Source: Synechococcus sp. A15-24
GTDB lineage: Bacteria > Cyanobacteriota > Cyanobacteriia > PCC-6307 > Cyanobiaceae
DNA length: 24,000 nucleotides
Reading direction: 5' to 3'
Assembly: GCF_014280195.1 (NCBI RefSeq)
Contig: NZ_CP047960.1
Coordinates: 1,218,220 to 1,242,219, forward strand
The position numbers and the translations under genes were made by a program. The notes below the pieces were generated by a model. It saw nothing but the letters and a program-made list of their open reading frames with translations, had not been told where the DNA came from and did not search any database. How positions within the stretch are numbered: the first letter of the stretch is position 1; each line of letters starts with the position of its first letter. Below, piece after piece: positions 23,099 through 24,000 of this stretch.

Positions 23099-23809
23099 TC
23101 AGGAATCAAGCGGGTCGATCAAGCCATAGAGCAGGGCGGTGACGGCCATCTGAGTGCGGTCGCGGGCACCGAGCTTGTCCATGGCATTGCCCACATGGGT
23201 TTTCACCGTTTCCAGGGAGATGCCCAGCAGATCAGCGATGGCATTGTTATCGAGGCCACGGGCCACGGCTGCCGCCACATCCAGCTCGCGCTGGGTGAGA
23301 TCCTCCACCAACGGCGGCAGATCAGGCTGCGGTGCTGCCACCGCCAGCCGGCGGATCTCCGCGGGGTAATAGACGCCACCCTCAGCGATGGTGTGCAGGG
23401 CAGCGATCAGATCACCACGGCCCGTGCCCAGGGTTGATTTGAAGATCACCCGATCGGCGAAGGCATCCAGCGCCTCCCGCACCAGGGCCTTGGTTTCCCG
23501 TTCCAGCACGATCAGCAGCTGGCAGGTGGGCAGCTCCGCCTTCACGCGTTTGAGCAACACCGGGCCGTAGCCGGTTTCCAGATCCGAGCTGCAGATCAGC
23601 AGATCCGGCTGGGTGCGCAGCACCAGCTCAACACCTTCGTCTTCTGTGGTGGCAGCACCCACCAGGGACGGCTGGATTGGTTCTGCGATCGTCAGGGCGC
23701 TGAGGGTGAGCCGATCACCAAACACCAGCACAAGGCGCCTGTGTTCGAGCAGCTCGGCGGCCTGGGCGATCGCCTCCTGGGTGGTGCGGGAATCGAGCCG
23801 GAGTTCCAT
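23099..23809 (-). CDS. LuxR/NarL-type regulator with atypical receiver domain (paralog of 21492..22178)
   Basis: 236 aa. HTH LTQRELDVAAAVARGLDNNAIADLLGISLETVKTHVGNAMDKLG. The receiver-like domain has LLICSSDLETGYG (Asp kept), FGD instead of DD, and no Ser/Thr at the T87-equivalent position (IVLERE). It starts 4 nt after the DUF411 gene stop. Confidence 0.8.
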   Translation of the reverse strand: MELRLDSRTTQEAIAQAAELLEHRRLVLVFGDRLTLSALTIAEPIQPSLVGAATTEDEGVELVLRTQPDLLICSSDLETGYGPVLLKRVKAELPTCQLLIVLERETKALVREALDAFADRVIFKSTLGTGRGDLIAALHTIAEGGVYYPAEIRRLAVAAPQPDLPPLVEDLTQRELDVAAAVARGLDNNAIADLLGISLETVKTHVGNAMDKLGARDRTQMAVTALLYGLIDPLDS

Positions 23810-23812
23810 GGC

Positions 23813-24000
23813 TCAGTAGAGCTCGAACACGGTTGTTGAACCGTCGTGGGCAATGGCCATCACCGCAAACGGATCCGCCGTCCTCCCCTTCACCTCCATG
23901 CCAGGAGAACCGATCGGCATCCCCGGCACCGCCAGGCCACGGATGTCGGGCCGTTCGGCCAGCAGGCGTTGGATCGATGATGCAGGCACATGGCCTTCGA
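23813..24000 (-). CDS. DUF411 (CopG-like) metal-binding protein, C-terminal part (5' end lies outside the window)
   Basis: Hand translation: ...EGHVPASSIQRLLAERPDIRGLAVPGMPIGSPGMEVKGRTADPFAVMAIAHDGSTTVFELY*. The GHVP and VPGMP.GSPGME blocks are the DUF411 signature. Confidence 0.65.
   Translation of the reverse strand, partial: EGHVPASSIQRLLAERPDIRGLAVPGMPIGSPGMEVKGRTADPFAVMAIAHDGSTTVFELY

Noticed and set aside
1-24000. CRISPR arrays, rRNA/tRNA genes, integrases and phage genes
   Set aside because: There are no short regularly spaced repeats, no T-arm (GGTTCGAATCC-like) or other tRNA signatures found by eye, and no recombinase-like ORF.

Overview
This is a high-GC segment that looks like marine Synechococcus (picocyanobacterium). 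The taxon is inferred only from gene content: OCP/FRP, plant-type PetF ferredoxin, MntC/MntA, an RRM RNA-binding protein, and the cyanobacterial DUF2811 and DUF4278 families. Bases 1-7400 are ordinary chromosome: a flotillin tail, mntC-mntA, nth, petF, a uridine-kinase-like P-loop protein, a DCC-type thiol oxidoreductase and small conserved ORFs. Bases 7400-8230 are an AT-rich patch holding only a decayed gene. Bases 8230-12500 carry small ORFs, an SDR epimerase, a DUF559 endonuclease-like gene and an RRM protein. The standout region is 12548-17152. A complete photoprotection module sits there: a 64-aa ORF, ocp, crtW, frp and a convergent membrane GT2 glycosyltransferase. It is bracketed by two 463-bp direct repeats that differ at only 5 positions, making a 4142-bp repeat-bounded unit with no recombinase, tRNA or inverted repeats nearby. 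Each repeat is non-coding by my reading and ends within 3-14 nt of a minus-strand start codon. Bases 17150-20500 are packed with small ORFs of 54-105 aa, several of them secreted and Cys-containing. Bases 20590-24000 hold a two-domain GNAT, two paralogous LuxR-type regulators with partly degenerate receiver domains, and a DUF411 metal-binding protein tail. I found no rRNA, tRNA, CRISPR array, transposase or integrase. All homology statements come from recalled family motifs, not from database searches.
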